This document shows, piece after piece, positions 36,505 to 52,304 of a stretch of 64,000 nt of DNA. The stretch is taken from assembly GCF_001194135.2 (NCBI RefSeq), contig NC_068981.1, forward strand, positions 186,740,236 through 186,804,235, written 5' to 3'. Made by a program: the position numbers and the translations under genes. The notes below the pieces were generated by a model. The model saw only the letters and a list, made by a program, of their open reading frames with translations. It was not told the DNA's origin and searched no databases. Source of the DNA: Octopus bimaculoides (lineage: Eukaryota). Numbering within the stretch: the stretch's first letter is position 1; each line of letters begins with the position of its first letter.

Positions 36505-36692
36505 CAGCGGTTCTCAACCGCGGCTCCCGGCCCTTATGCATTCCTCAAGCATCATTCCAGCGGTCCCCGACGGTAATCCTTCAATAAATATAATTTTTTT
36601 TTTCCTTTCAGTGATGTGTGTGTCATTTCTTTAGGTGCAGCACCATCACCACGCCAACTAGAGAATTTTAGATTTTGGATCTAGGACCACTG
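36505..36692. mobile_element. hAT (Charlie-like) MITE
   Basis: Ends CAGCGGTTCTCAAC / GGACCACTG; 8-bp TSD CTCTAAAT / CTCTAAAC. Confidence 0.75.
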
Positions 36693-36732
36693 CTCTAAAC
36701 CATAAGCAAATATTTCGATTAGTGTGAACATT

Positions 36733-36890
36733 AGGCGCATGCGTGGGTGCGTGATAAGAAGCGTGCTTCGCTACCACATGGTTCCGGGTTCAGTCCAACA
36801 GCATGACACTTTGTGTAAGTGTCTGCTACTATAGCCTCGGGCCGACCAAACCCTTGTGAGTGGATTTGGTAGACGGAAACTAAAAGAATC

Positions 36891-36949
<59 letters not shown>

Positions 36950-37125
36950 NNNNNNNNNNTTACGACTCCGTAAACCAGCGGTTCGGCAATAGGAACCGAT
37001 AGAAGAAGTACTAGGCTTTAAAAAGATCATTCCTGGGATCGACTCGTTCGATTAAAACCTTTCGAGGCGGTGTTCCAGCACGGCCGCAGTCAAATGACTG
37101 AAACAAGTATAAAAATAAAAGAATG
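36733..37125 (+). mobile_element. SINE family A
   Basis: Full head and tail. Confidence 0.9.
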
Positions 37126-38419
37126 GTTTTTAAGTAAAGTAATCGTCCGGGGTATTTTAATTGTTAACCATTCGCCAAAGTTCTCCAAACATAAATGTAT
37201 CAACATCAAATTAGTTTTTAGGCCGCTCTTGATCTTATAACTACTTTGTTACAGTCTTATTTATTCCTTTAGACTTAAGGCATAATAATTCTTTTGTGGG
37301 GGTGAATTTTAGTAGTAACTTAACCACATGATGTCTTAGGCTTTTGGCTTTAAAGCCTGTTTTATTAGATCTCAACCGTGGATCTCCAATGCATTTTGAT
37401 GTTTCTTATATTTAATTTGTTCCAGTTGCCTTTCTATCTTTCATTGAACTTATTACATTTTCTTCTTTAAGGATTTCGTTAACATTAGCAGCTTCGAAAT
37501 TGGGTAAAGACAGTCTGTCCCCATTATCACAGAGTTCTTTTATATATTCAACCCACAAAATGCAATCTAATTATAATCAAGTAGCATTCGTATTTTTGTC
37601 TTTAACTTTGCCTCTTCATGCATTCTGCCGTTTGTAATCTTAAATATTCTATTTATATAATATTTCTTTATATTTATGTTGGTTATTAAATTTTTCATAT
37701 TTTCTTAGCATTGACCATCCAGTCATTTATTGGTTTGCTTTTCAACATTCACAATAAATCTTTTTATTAAATTGTTTTAGCCATCTTCATATTCATTTCT
37801 CTCCTTCTTTGATTTTTGACAGAATTCCCTCAGTCGTCCATTTTTTTCTCATTTTCTCCCTCTCGTTTCAAGAAGTGCTTTTATTTTTCTTTACAAATAT
37901 TTACATGCAGGTTTTAATTATATTCTTTCTGTTTATTCTTTATTATATGATTCGTGCATTCTTTCTTTATTGTGCAAATATTCAAACTTGTTTCGTATTT
38001 CCACTTTAGATTTGTTTGTATTCTGACTGCCTTAGCAAGTTTATGTTTAACTGTTTTCATCTTTTAGCCAATTTCGTTTCCTCATGTTTCATTCGAAATT
38101 TAATTACCAGTGGATTATGGCGTCTCTATTGATAAGCTTTTGGAAGTTTCACAGTTTCGAAACCACCAATTTATCAGAAGATATAGCCAATCTGACTTCA
38201 TGTACCATCTCTGCAACACATATATAATTTCCGTTGTGGATACTCAAATAGTTTTCGTGCCTACGAAATTATATACTTGTCAGAAATGCATCATTAGTCA
38301 CCTTTTCCATTTCTTTTGTCTTATCCATATTGAGCTATTCTATTGTCGGTGTTTCATCTGCTGACTTTGGCTATAAAATCACTCATTACATGGTTTCTTT
38401 AGCGTCTTTATTACATTTT

Positions 38420-38592
38420 GAATTTGTAAGAGTTTTAGTTGAATGAATCAACCCTGGTACATATTCTTCCAAAATCTGGTATTTATTCTATCAGTATCTT
38501 TAACCGAACCGCTGGGTGACGAGGACGTAAACACACAACACCAGTGGTCAAGCGGTGGCTGGTGACAAGCACACAGATAAGCACGCACGGAC

Positions 38593-38623
<31 letters not shown>

Positions 38624-38880
38624 TATATANNNNNNNNNNNNNNNNNNNNNNNNNNNNNNNNNNNNNNNNNNNNNNNNNNNNNNNNNNNNNNNNNNNNNNN
38701 NNNNNTATATATGATGGGCTTCTTATAGTTACCGTCTACCAAATCATCCACTCATAAGGCTTTGGTCGGTTCTTAAGCTATACAAGAAGAGAACCAGGGT
38801 TCCACGCAGTGGGACAGACCCCGGAACAATATGGTCGAGAAGCAAACTCCTTACCACAAACCCAGTCTGCGCCTATAGTT
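38420..38880 (-). mobile_element. SINE family A
   Basis: Head and tail on minus strand, gap inside. Confidence 0.8.
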
Positions 38881-38899
38881 ATGGATGTTGTTATAGAAT

Positions 38900-39600
38900 C
38901 TTGAATGCTTTCTTTCCACCAGAACACAACACTGTGTCATTGTTTTCCTTGTAATTTTACCACCCTCTCTCCACCTAATTTCAGAATCTCCACAGTACCA
39001 GCATTTATATTTTTCCTGTATAATAATGTCAAATTTTCTTGGCTGATATTGAGTTCTTCTGTTCCATGTTCCTAGTTGTACGAGCGTTGTCCTTAGACTT
39101 AAAGATATAACTATCCGATAGTAACTTACAATTAAGGTTTAGATTACCAGTCATCATCAGAACTGTACCTCTAACTGTTTCTTCATTGTTGTTAGAACAT
39201 AACTACAGTTTGAGGTTAACTCCAAGGGCCCCAGATACTTTATCGTTTTCTTGCAATCTTTTAATGTTATTTTGGAGTCCCATTCTCTTCCATGTTAGCT
39301 ATCCACTAATCTTTTAATGTCTTATAAGTGCTATGGATGTGACATACATTTTGTTATCATGCAGTCATTAATCTTTAATTTCTTTAATTAACGTCTTACA
39401 CCTTCCCAGTTTTCGTCACTTCCTCTGTACGATCGTATTTCCTCGACTATTGATATTCATTGCTTAGCCAAAGAAAAGTGCTGTAGCCTGACCATAAATG
39501 TACCCTACGGGTTTCTTCGGTAGGATGAGGTTACAAAGGCATTACAACTCAGGAACCAACACATAATTAATTATGGGATTTGTCATTCAACTTACTGAAT
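38900..39600 (-). pseudogene. Highly degenerate LINE RT remnant, clade unresolved
   Basis: Only KTIKYLG and scattered RT-like words. Confidence 0.3.
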
Positions 39601-40230
39601 TATCCGGTCATTGAATCAACATTTACCTTTAACATAATTCTTGGACGAAATCAGCATGAAACAGAGATAAAACCGATCCTTTAAATTACAGCTATAATCC
39701 CTCCGACGGCTTTGGTACAGTTTCCGTCAACTTACTTTCACACATAAGGTCTGTGGTAAAAGACACCTGTTTAAGATGCTAAGACCACGTGACTGTGAGA
39801 CGAATTTCTTAATCGTACAGCTATGCTACATTCACCATACATCATTGTCGAAAGTATTGACTACTTGTGTATGAACATAGAACAAAGCAGGCGCGGCTGT
39901 TCGTTTAAGAAGTTCCATTTGCAGTTATATATTCTCTGTCCGATTCAACTGTTCGAGATCTGGGTTGAGCAATACTGATTAAGTGATATTTGAAAGACAC
40001 CTCCCACGCTTATATATTGTACGAATGAGGGTGGTGTATTCTCTGTACTTTTCACCCTTGTATATCAGTGATGGAGATAAATATAACTCCGACCATGCAG
40101 CAGCTGTCACTTTTTATAAACGTATGTCAAACTTGTGCATATCTGTTCATGAAATTTTGTTTTGTTCAGAATCTGGTTTCGGTGTGTGGGTTTATACGTA
40201 TATATAAAATACAACATATTCAAATACATA

Positions 40231-40548
40231 TGGTTAGAGCGTAGGGCTCACAATCATGAGGTAGTGAGTTCGATTCCCAGACCGGGCTGTATGTTGTCTT
40301 CTTGAGCAAGACACTTTATTTCACGTTGCTCCTGTTCACTCAGCTGTAGAAATGAGTTGCGACGTCACTGGTGCCAAGCTGTATCGGCCCCTTTGCCTTT
40401 TCCTTGGATAACATCGGTGCGTGGAGTGGGGAAGTCTGTATGCATGGGCGACTGCTGGTCTTCCTTAAACAACCCTGCCCCGACTTGTGCCTCGGGGTGG
40501 AACTTTCTAGGTGCAAACCCTTGGTCATTCATGACCGAAGGGTGTCTT
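40231..40548 (+). mobile_element. SINE family C, near full length
   Basis: tggttagagcg...gagttcgattcccagaccggg and tail gtcattcatgaccgaagg. Confidence 0.9.
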
Positions 40549-40573
40549 TACTCTTTATATACATATATATATA

Positions 40574-40626
<53 letters not shown>

Positions 40627-40818
40627 CCATTTAGCTTGAGGTGGCTGTGCTATTACTGTATTCCTCGTGTGAGTACTACATAAAAACCTTCCACAGCAGA
40701 CATTTTCTGATCTGTGTTGTCATAGTAACCTCTAAAACGTAAACGTTTGTCCCAAATTTCCCATTCTGATTCCTAAATATCTTACCTCCTTCCCTTTCAA
40801 AATGATTGAGAAAATATA

Positions 40819-41135
40819 TAGGCGTGGCTGTGTAGTAAGAAGCTTGCATTCCAGCCACATGGTTCCGGATTCAGTCCTACTGTGTGGCACATTGGGCAAG
40901 TGTCTTCTACTATAACCACGGGCCGACCAAAGCCTTGTGGGAGGATTAAGTAGACGGAAACTGAAAGAAGCCCGTTGTATACATATGTATGTATGTATGT
41001 GTGTGTATGTATGTTTGCGTGTGTATGTACGTCTATATGTGTTTGTGTATGTGCTTTACAACTACTGTTAGTGTGTTTATGCCCCCGTAAATTACGGTTC
41101 GGCAAAAGAGAGCGATAGAATAAGTACCAGACTTT
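40819..41135 (+). mobile_element. SINE family A
   Basis: Consensus match. Confidence 0.9.
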
Positions 41136-41222
41136 GAAAAATTATGTCCTCTTGATTGTTCCTATGTTAGCTATAACCGAATATTGAAGAAAACTTACTT
41201 ATCTCCCTTCTTTTCTTTTCAG

Positions 41223-41354
41223 TTGACAGCAGAGTAAATGTTGATGGTGTGAGCTACATTTTGAAGCTGGCCATGACACACCAAGATGAAGTGGTAACTC
41301 GCAGTAAACCGCAATGAAAACAAGCGGCATACTGGATTGAATTTTCGGGAAAAG
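41223..41354 (+). other. Candidate 132-nt phase 1-1 exon with one in-frame TGA
   Basis: Very strong acceptor tatctcccttcttttcttttcAG, donor AAG|GTATCG; TGA at 41315-41317. Confidence 0.35.
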
Positions 41355-43099
41355 GTATCGTTGATAATCAAATTTACTTCATTTTTTTTTAAACAATATA
41401 AAGAGGATATTTAAAAATTGGGTTGCCGTTTTTTCCCACTTGGCACTCCATCGTCATATGTCTAAAAAGAAGTAAAAATAATTAATTGAAATTTTAAAAA
41501 CCATAGACAAAAGTTGTAAAAGGCGAATAGTTACAAAAAAGAATATAAAATACTATGCTAATTAAATCCAAATCACATCGGAAAGAATTAAAAGAAATAG
41601 AAAAGAAAAGAGAATATGCTCTTTCTGAATATTACAATAAATAGTAGCAAATTATGTTCTGAGATTAAGAATATCGTCTTAATCAATGAAAGTAATGCCC
41701 CAGCATGACCATAGTCGTGACGGTTAAAACAATCTAATAATTTGCATTATATTAAGCGGAGTTCGTTAATAGGTTGACGAGTATAACTCACTGATAGGCG
41801 ACAACGAAATAGGTGTTTTGAAATATTTTGTACGATATGACAATTTTTTTTATTACTTAATACAGTTACCAAGATTAGTTCTATATAGTGATAGTCATAC
41901 AGGAAGATTTAATATCTATACTATAATTAAAGCTGCATATTAATTAAGTTGGAGTATGTAACTTTAACGGAAAGAAAGCAATGACTAAAGTCTACAGTGT
42001 CTAGAAATTTTTCATAAATTCCAACTTTAATATCTTTTTTTTTTTTTGTCAAAATGTGGTTTTTAACTTTGCTTTATTGTTGACGATTTCAACTTCACGA
42101 TTCAAACACAAAGCTAATTTTTACTCACTTCGGTGTAAGTATCTTACACGGCGTCTTTAGCATCTCTGTTAATACTTCTTGAAATATAATGATCGTCCAA
42201 ATATTTGCAACGCTACATTCTACAAACACATCAGTAAAACATTTCTCCAAACTATTATAAGTTTAATCCAGCGTCAGCCAATTTACTTTGATCCCAGTCT
42301 CCTTTCACATTTGTTGAGTGTTGTTGATGACGATAAACTAAGGACTTTTTTGTGGCTAAGTTGAGTCAACATAATAACCTGATATCTTCATAACTTCTCA
42401 CATTGTCTCTGACTGCTTGGTAATGTTAATTTATTTACTGAGCGAGTGGGTACTATTAGACATAGTATGCAAAGGAAAATTAGGAGTAACATACGAAAAA
42501 ATAACACAAATTGGGAATCAAATATGTAAATACCATTTAGCGACGAGCAGAAAACCGCCTGAGGAGTTGGTCTTTCTGCTAATTATATATAATACGTACT
42601 AATCTTTGGGTGATCAAATAAGTCATCCTAACTGGAATGTTAACAATTATAAATAAGTATAGTCTTCATATTACGTAGAGTTGTCGGGTTTTATCTTTTT
42701 AAATAATCTTTATCATTTTATACAGCTAAACATGCATGTGAATAAAGAATATAAAACACTTTAAACTTAGCAAGTGATACATTAGCAAACTAGGAAAATA
42801 AAGCCTGGCCAATCAAATATTTCCTAAAAGATTGGTGTCCAATATTTGCTTTCTTGATTACTATGTAATCTGATTAAACAAAGATTTTGTCTTATAGTGA
42901 GATTGTCCCACATACACTACACACAGCCATGTATGTTGTAGTTGTTAGGGTGAGACGTACTTTTGTATTATCAGCTGCTGTATGTAATAGTATTGCAATA
43001 TAAAAAAGAAACCATGTTGAGAGACTGTTTCTGTTTGTTCACCTTTAATTCAACTATTTTTCTAAATATTGCCTTTCTACTTTGTGAAATCCAAAGTAA

Positions 43100-43124
43100 A
43101 AAAAAATCTGTGCATGTATTTGTG

Positions 43125-43166
<42 letters not shown>

Positions 43167-43185
43167 GTACATACAATTATGCAGA

Positions 43186-43230
<45 letters not shown>

Positions 43231-43854
43231 GTATGCATATATCTGTATGTATGTAATTATGTATGTATAATTAGACATATTTATGCGTATATATTTGCGT
43301 ATGTATATATATATATGCATGCATATATCTATGTGTGTATATAATTAGACACATATTTATGCGGATATATGTGTATGTGTATATATATATATATGTGTGT
43401 GTGTATGCATATATCTGTGTGTGTATGAATGTATCAATGTATGTATAATTAGACAGTTATGCGTATATATTTGTGTATGTATATACATATATATATGTAT
43501 GCATATATCTATCTGTGTGTATGTATGTACGTATCTATGTATGTATGTATAATTAGACATAAATTTCTACGTATATATTTGTGTATGTATATGATATACA
43601 TATATATGTGTGTGTGTATGTATGTATGTATGCATATATGTGCGTGTGTGTATGTATGCATGTGTGTGTGTGTGTGTATGTATGCATATATATATGTGTG
43701 TGTGTGTGTGTGTATGTATGCATATATCTGTGTGTGTGTGTATGTATGCATATATATATATGTGTGTGTGTGTGTGTGTATGTATGCATATATCTGTGTG
43801 TGTGTGTGTGTATGCATATATCTGTGTGTGTGTGTGTGTGTATGTATGCATATA

Positions 43855-43902
<48 letters not shown>

Positions 43903-43920
43903 GCAATGTGTGTATGTATG
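43100..43920. repeat. Compound TG/TA/TATG satellite with recurring TATAATTAGACA spacer
   Basis: Seen directly. Confidence 0.95.
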
Positions 43921-44582
43921 TATCTCCCGTTCCATATTCTAGCTAAATTCATTTTCTGAGTCGAATCAACAATATTTTGGAGGGGGTTAAAATGGAATTA
44001 AACACTAATCTTATTATCATCATGCAGCTAATCCTAACGATCAATTATAAGAGAACAATATTTAAAAAATACGTCTGTTCCTGTTCCAGAAATTTTTCGT
44101 TGTCTTACTTCACATAGTAAGATCTTCCTAATTCACTGATTCAATCAATATTTATATCTCCGTCTGTTTCTTTTTCTTTTTATCCCAATTTACAAACAAT
44201 ACTAACGATAAAAATAAAATTTTACTTTTTATCCTACTCTAACGTTGCTTTTGGAGATTTTAAATGCTTGTCATTGATTGAAAAAAATATTTTGTTTTTG
44301 ATGTCTAATTTCCGTTTAAAGAATAGCCATGAGGGCTAGCTTAGTTAATGGAAAAATATGGAGACCGAGATTTTTTTATTTTGTTTTATGTGTTTTTTTT
44401 TTTTCTTCTACCCTTCAATTTAATCTTGTCTTAAAGAATTTATTTAATTCTGAAATGATCTGTGAACAACAAAAGATGTGGGTTAAAAGACAACAAGTAG
44501 GAGACAGAGAATTATTAGCATTATTATTCGTCAATCTGGATTAGTGTATCACGAATATCTTGTATTTTTCTTGGCCCGCTCT

Positions 44583-45320
44583 TAGGCGCTGGCATGGTTG
44601 TGTGGCTAATGAAGCTCGCTTTGCAACCAAGTGTTTTCGGGTTCAGTTCCGCTACATTAGATCATGAGTGTCTTCTATATTATAGTCCCGGACCAACCAA
44701 TGCCTTGTGAGTGAATTTGGTAGGCAGAAACTGTATACGAATTGAGTACTGGGGGCAATTATTCTTTTCTACTCTAAGCACAAGGCCTGAAATTTTGGGG
44801 GGATGGAGCCAGTCGATTAGATCAACGGCAGTACGCAACTGGTACTGAATTTATCGACCCCGGAAGGATGAAAGGCAAAGTCGACCTCGGGGGAATTTGA
44901 ACTCAGAACGTAGCGGCAGACGAAATACCGCTAAGCATTTCGCCCGGCGTGCTAACGTTTCTGCCAGCTCGCCGCCTTACTGGGGACGATTATTAACATA
45001 TATAATATTTATTTCTTTATTTTCCACAGGGGGCTAGACATAGAGGGGACAAACAAACACAANNNNNNNNNNCGAAATACCGCTAAGCATTTCGCCCGGC
45101 GTGCTAACGTTTCTTGTTTCTTTATCGCCCACAAGGGGCTAAACATAGAGGGGACAAACAAGGACAGACAAAGAGATTAAGTCGATCACATCGACCCAGT
45201 ACGTAACTGGTACTTAATTTATCGACCCCGAAAGGATGAAAAGCAATGTCGACCTCGGCGGAATTTGAACTCAGAAAGTAACTCGCCCGGCGTGCTAACG
45301 TTTCTGCCAGCTCGCTGCCT
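44583..45320. mobile_element. SINE A head (plus, 44583-44730) and SINE B multimer (minus, 44760-45320)
   Basis: Consensus matches; a small gap at 45063-45072 joins two units. Confidence 0.9.
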
Positions 45321-45329
45321 TACAATACA

Positions 45330-45555
45330 CTTTATTTCACGCTGCTCCAATCCGCTTAGCTGGCAAAAAGGAGTAGCACCTGTATTTCAAAGGTCCAGAT
45401 TTGTCACATTCTGTGTTACGCTGAATCACCTTGAGAACTACGTTATGGGTACAATGTGTCTGTGGAGTGCTCAGCCACTTGCACGTCAATTTCACGAGTA
45501 GCCTATGCCATTGGTCGGATCAACTTGAACCCTTACCGTTGTAACTAGTGAAATG
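45330..45555 (+). mobile_element. SINE 3' module (ctcca.tccgcttagctggcaaaa...gtctgtggagtgctcagccacttgcacg)
   Basis: Shares the cactcagct-like core with family C; the remainder is recalled as an octopus SINE tail. Confidence 0.5.
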
Positions 45556-46167
45556 CCAGTAGTTCTCTATTAATCACCAAAACCATATATGTAAATCATA
45601 TAAATTTATTTCCCCCCTCTATTATAACTTATCTTATCCTTTAATATTTTGATTCGCTGTGACTTAGTGCAAGAATTTTTGTATTAAAGGTTTACCGGAA
45701 TGTGCATAGTTGATTAGATCATCCGATGATTGATAGACCCTGTGCGTAATTAAGACACTCTGATTATGAGTTTTAAAGGGATGAAATGCGTTGTATTAGC
45801 TCAAAACAGACGGAAGCTAAATTATATGTTGTAAAATATTTCATTCAACCCTGTATCCTTTCAATTATTTCTACTGCCAAACTATTATATATTTCTTTTC
45901 TATTAAATTAAATATTATCATATCTGTATATTAGCTACCCAAGGCTCAATGTCTGGTCAGATAACGAGACATACTTTTATCTCTTATGTTATCATCTTAC
46001 AACCTAGTGCAAACGTCATATGTTATCCTTAGGCAATCATGTATTGTACGATTATTAAAGAATTAGAAAGCCAACTTGTTTATTACAACGAACTCTTTAA
46101 CCAGTAAAATTGTATTATTTTTGAATGTATAATAAATTAACAATGAAAGGCCGTAAGCTTTCAACAT

Positions 46168-46699
46168 TCATACATTAAAATACTGGCACAAACCTTGCCT
46201 TTTATAACTTCTCATGAATATAAATAAGAAGGTTGTCCCAAAACTAATGTAAAACTGTGCATAACCGTTTATTAACTGACAAACGTTATTCAAATCATAA
46301 TTGTTGATAGAGTAACTATTCCGCAATAGAACCTTCGTATATATTTTATTATTCATATATCCTTTTAAAACTGTATCAGCAATATAGCTTTTAAACAAGT
46401 TATCAATCACAGCGTATATACCAACGGTCATTCGAGTATATATATTTTTTTTCGTTCGTTTTGTTACGATACCGAGTTAGTATACTGTTTTCAATTTGGG
46501 GCACAAAGCCAGATACCGATTTAGCATATTCTGAATTCGTATAATAAAGATGGAGAGATTTTTTTATCAGTTTAGAGCTGAAAATATTTACAAGAGCAAC
46601 ATATACAGCTGTAATCACACCAATAACACCAGAGATATACTTGTAAAAAGAAACATCGACACGATTACTAAAACTACGAGAGAGACTCTTGATGATAAA
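46168..46699 (-). pseudogene. Two overlapping ~100-codon ORFs separated by a +1 frameshift; unknown product
   Basis: Open 46699-46403 (98 aa) and 46476-46168 (102 aa), overlapping at an A8(TA)4 run; non-repetitive sequence. Confidence 0.35.
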
Positions 46700-47094
46700 T
46701 TATTCTGTCGGCTGACTTGGAGTGTTAATCTAATCAATAATATCCGATGTTACATTTGGATGACAGGATTGTAAGATCCTTGTGCTAAACTATGCCCTCC
46801 AGACAACCCCAGGTGAACTAGCTTCCGTCTAGTAACTTGACAGACAAGTCAAACTTTGTGAGGCTTGTCAGTTATTGTAGCACCAACAGTCACACATGAA
46901 TGACTGCATTGGTTTGAAACTCGAATCTTGCGATAAACATTTATTCAAAATAAACTATAATCTCTACAACAGAGACATAGTATTCACTTTCTCATTGCAT
47001 GTATGTATGTGTATATGTACATACATGTACAGATATGGAACACGTGTATATTACATAAAGCATTAATACCGATTACGTTTTCTGTTCCTCTTCG

Positions 47095-49561
<2,467 letters not shown>

Positions 49562-49627
49562 TATATATATAATATATATGTATGTACATATATGTGTGTA
49601 AAGGGATACATTATCTTGACGTGTATG

Positions 49628-49669
<42 letters not shown>

Positions 49670-50675
49670 GAGAGAGAGAGAAATGGAGAACAACTTATCT
49701 TTAAGACCATATATTGAAAACACTAGTATATATTCGTATATGCAGACACTTAGGTGTATACATATATGCACATAAATATGTATGTGTTTGTGTATATATG
49801 TACGTATTATGTATGTTTATATAATACAGAAAAAGATACACTTACACAGATATATTAACAATAACGAAAGGAGGAGGGGGAGGGGAGGAGGAGGAGAGAG
49901 AGGTGATGAATAGAGGTGATGAAGATGGGAGAGGGAAGATAAAGAAATAATAACAAAAAGACTACCTTCCTGCAAAGTTCAAAAAACAGAACGAAATAGG
50001 TTTTTGAAGGCTGTCAATTGTTGAAATTCTTCAAATATATTGAAAAATAGCACATGTTCTGGTGCTAATCGATAATTTGATTAAAAGGAACCCATTTTCA
50101 AGAACCTTTGAATATTTCTACCTGACAGTGAGCCAACTTGTGACCTACTTCATTTCAAATATATAACAACTCATTGAAAACAAGAAATAACTAGATTAAA
50201 TTCCACGAGAAAACCCCCGCTTTTTTTTTTTGTCGCATCTCACATTCCTCTCATACCTATATTCGCCATCTTCATAATCATCATCTTCATCACTTTACAC
50301 GTCGTCATACTCTTTCTCACATTTTCTTGTCATACTTATCATTATCAAATTTTGGAATAATTCTCTGAAAATTTAATTTTTGCGAAGTAGTTGTTGGTAG
50401 AGTGACGTGCGTAAAGAACAACAAGAAATTCTCTTCGCTCAGTATCAACGTCATGCTTCACTTTCGCCAGACATTATATATATATATATTATATGTGATT
50501 ATATGCGAGTGTGGGAATGCGCGCCCACGTATCAAAAATAGACAGAGCTTTTATATATGTATGTATCATGTATGCATGTATGTGTGTAGATAGATATATG
50601 TATGCATATATATATGTATATATATATACGTATATATACATCTATTTATACATAAATATATATATACGTATATAT

Positions 50676-50722
<47 letters not shown>

Positions 50723-51189
50723 NNNNNNNNNNNNNNNNNNNNNNNNNNNNNNNNNNNNNNNNNNNNNNNNNNNNNNNNNNNNNNNNNNNNNNNNNNNNNN
50801 NNNNNNNNNNNNNNNNNNNNNNNNNNNNNNNNNNNNNNNNNNNNNNNNNNNNNNNNNNNNNNNNNNNNNNNNNNNNNNNNNNNNNNNNNNNNNNNNNNNN
50901 NNNNNNNNNNNNNNNNNNNNNNNNNNNNNNNNNNNNNNNNNNNNNNNNNNNNNNNNNNNNNNNNNNNNNNNNNNNNNNNNNNNNNNNNNNNNNNNNNNNN
51001 NNNNNNNNNNNNNNNNNNNNNNNNNNNNNNNNNNNNNNNNNNNNNNNNNNNNNNNNNNNNNNNNNNNNNNNNNNNNNNNNNNNNNNNNNNNNNNNNNNNN
51101 NNNNNNNNNNNNNNNNNNNNNNNNNNNNNNNNNNNNNNNNNNNNNNNNNNNNNNNNNNNNNNNNNNNNNNNNNNNNNNNNNNNNNNNNN

Positions 51190-51224
<35 letters not shown>

Positions 51225-51226
<2 letters not shown>

Positions 51227-51350
51227 GGGCTTATTTCAGTTTCCGTCTATCAAATCCTCTCACAGGGCCTTGGTCGGCCAGAGGCTATAGTAGAAGACAA
51301 CTGCCCAAGTTGCCACTGAGTGGAACTGAAGCCGCAACCATATGGGTGGG
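51225..51350 (-). mobile_element. SINE family A head
   Basis: ttcagtttccgtctatcaaatcc.ctcac..ggccttggtcggcc. Confidence 0.75.
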
Positions 51351-51699
51351 AAGCCTGTTTTTAAACACATCACGTTCATACAAGATTTCATCATGGACGA
51401 AACTTGACTGTCATCGGTCCATTATGTATATCTAGGTGACTATTTTAATTCACTACTGCTTCATTTGTGTACATCAGATAAATATACAATTCAAAAATGT
51501 CTAAAGATTTTCCAAGTTTTCAGCTTTTTGTCAAAACAATTATTTAAGAATATATATAGAAAATTGATTATTCTTGACAACCAAACTAACGTCTCATATA
51601 TTATTTATACTATTGTCTTCTTGTATCGTCCAATCTGCATAAATACAGAAACTTCGTTTCTAATTTTCACCCCTCAACTTTAACAGATCAATAACGGTA

Positions 51700-52140
51700 T
51701 AGTTTCAGGTTTTCGATGAAGTTGACCGTCGTTAATTAAGGGTTATTTTTCGAAGCTGGACCACTTTAATTTAAAGTAGCACCTACTCAAAGATCAGACT
51801 AAATGCCAGCTATTGGAAGTCTTTCGAACCACACGATCCTCAGTCAAGTGTAGTTTCTGTCAACTTTTCTGTGTGACTCTCGAACAACCGCTACGGGGAC
51901 TAGAAGTGTTTTGAGACACATCCTGTTCGAAATAGAATGTCGGAAGGCTTGGTCTTGACCAAAGCTTGGTCTTGCCCTGCCAGTATAATGCTCTCGGTCT
52001 CCTTTTTTGGTGTTCTTTTCATCAGCCAATCACATCTGTTTTTTCCAGCTACTTGGAATTGGTTGTGTAGTCCCTTTTTGCATAATTCTTCTTCGTGTCC
52101 TTTTTGTACTTCTTCCTTTGTTTTTCCTTTTTTCTCTGCT
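51700..52140 (-). pseudogene. R4/Dong-like RLE retrotransposon fragment
   Basis: KKGLHNQF...WLMKRTPKKETESIILAGQDQAL resembles LHGQF..WL..G.LKKETE.LI.AAQDQAL. Confidence 0.75.
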
Positions 52141-52211
52141 TTCAATACTCCCTCGTTCCTATCACAAGCAAGGTTTTCTTACTTTGGGCTAAGTATCTCA
52201 TTAAGCTATTG

Positions 52212-52248
<37 letters not shown>

Positions 52249-52304
52249 GTGAAATCGCCTTTTGGGGGCTTGTCAATGGCAGACGTCCAGCAGAGACACA
52301 GCAT

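Larger units (their letters stand above)
35600..38400 (-). pseudogene. Degenerate RTE LINE reverse transcriptase, interrupted by hAT MITE and SINE A
   Basis: Minus-strand motifs in order: WVEYIKEL..EE.V..MK.RKATG, MYWKQTTAVR..RQGC, LLKCYVW..LVYGVETWTLTK..LQAFEMW..RRLLRISWTEH. Confidence 0.75.

Noticed and set aside
50252-50366. Minus-strand exon-like acidic segment with donor GTATGA
   Set aside because: In-frame stop and low-complexity (GAT)n origin.
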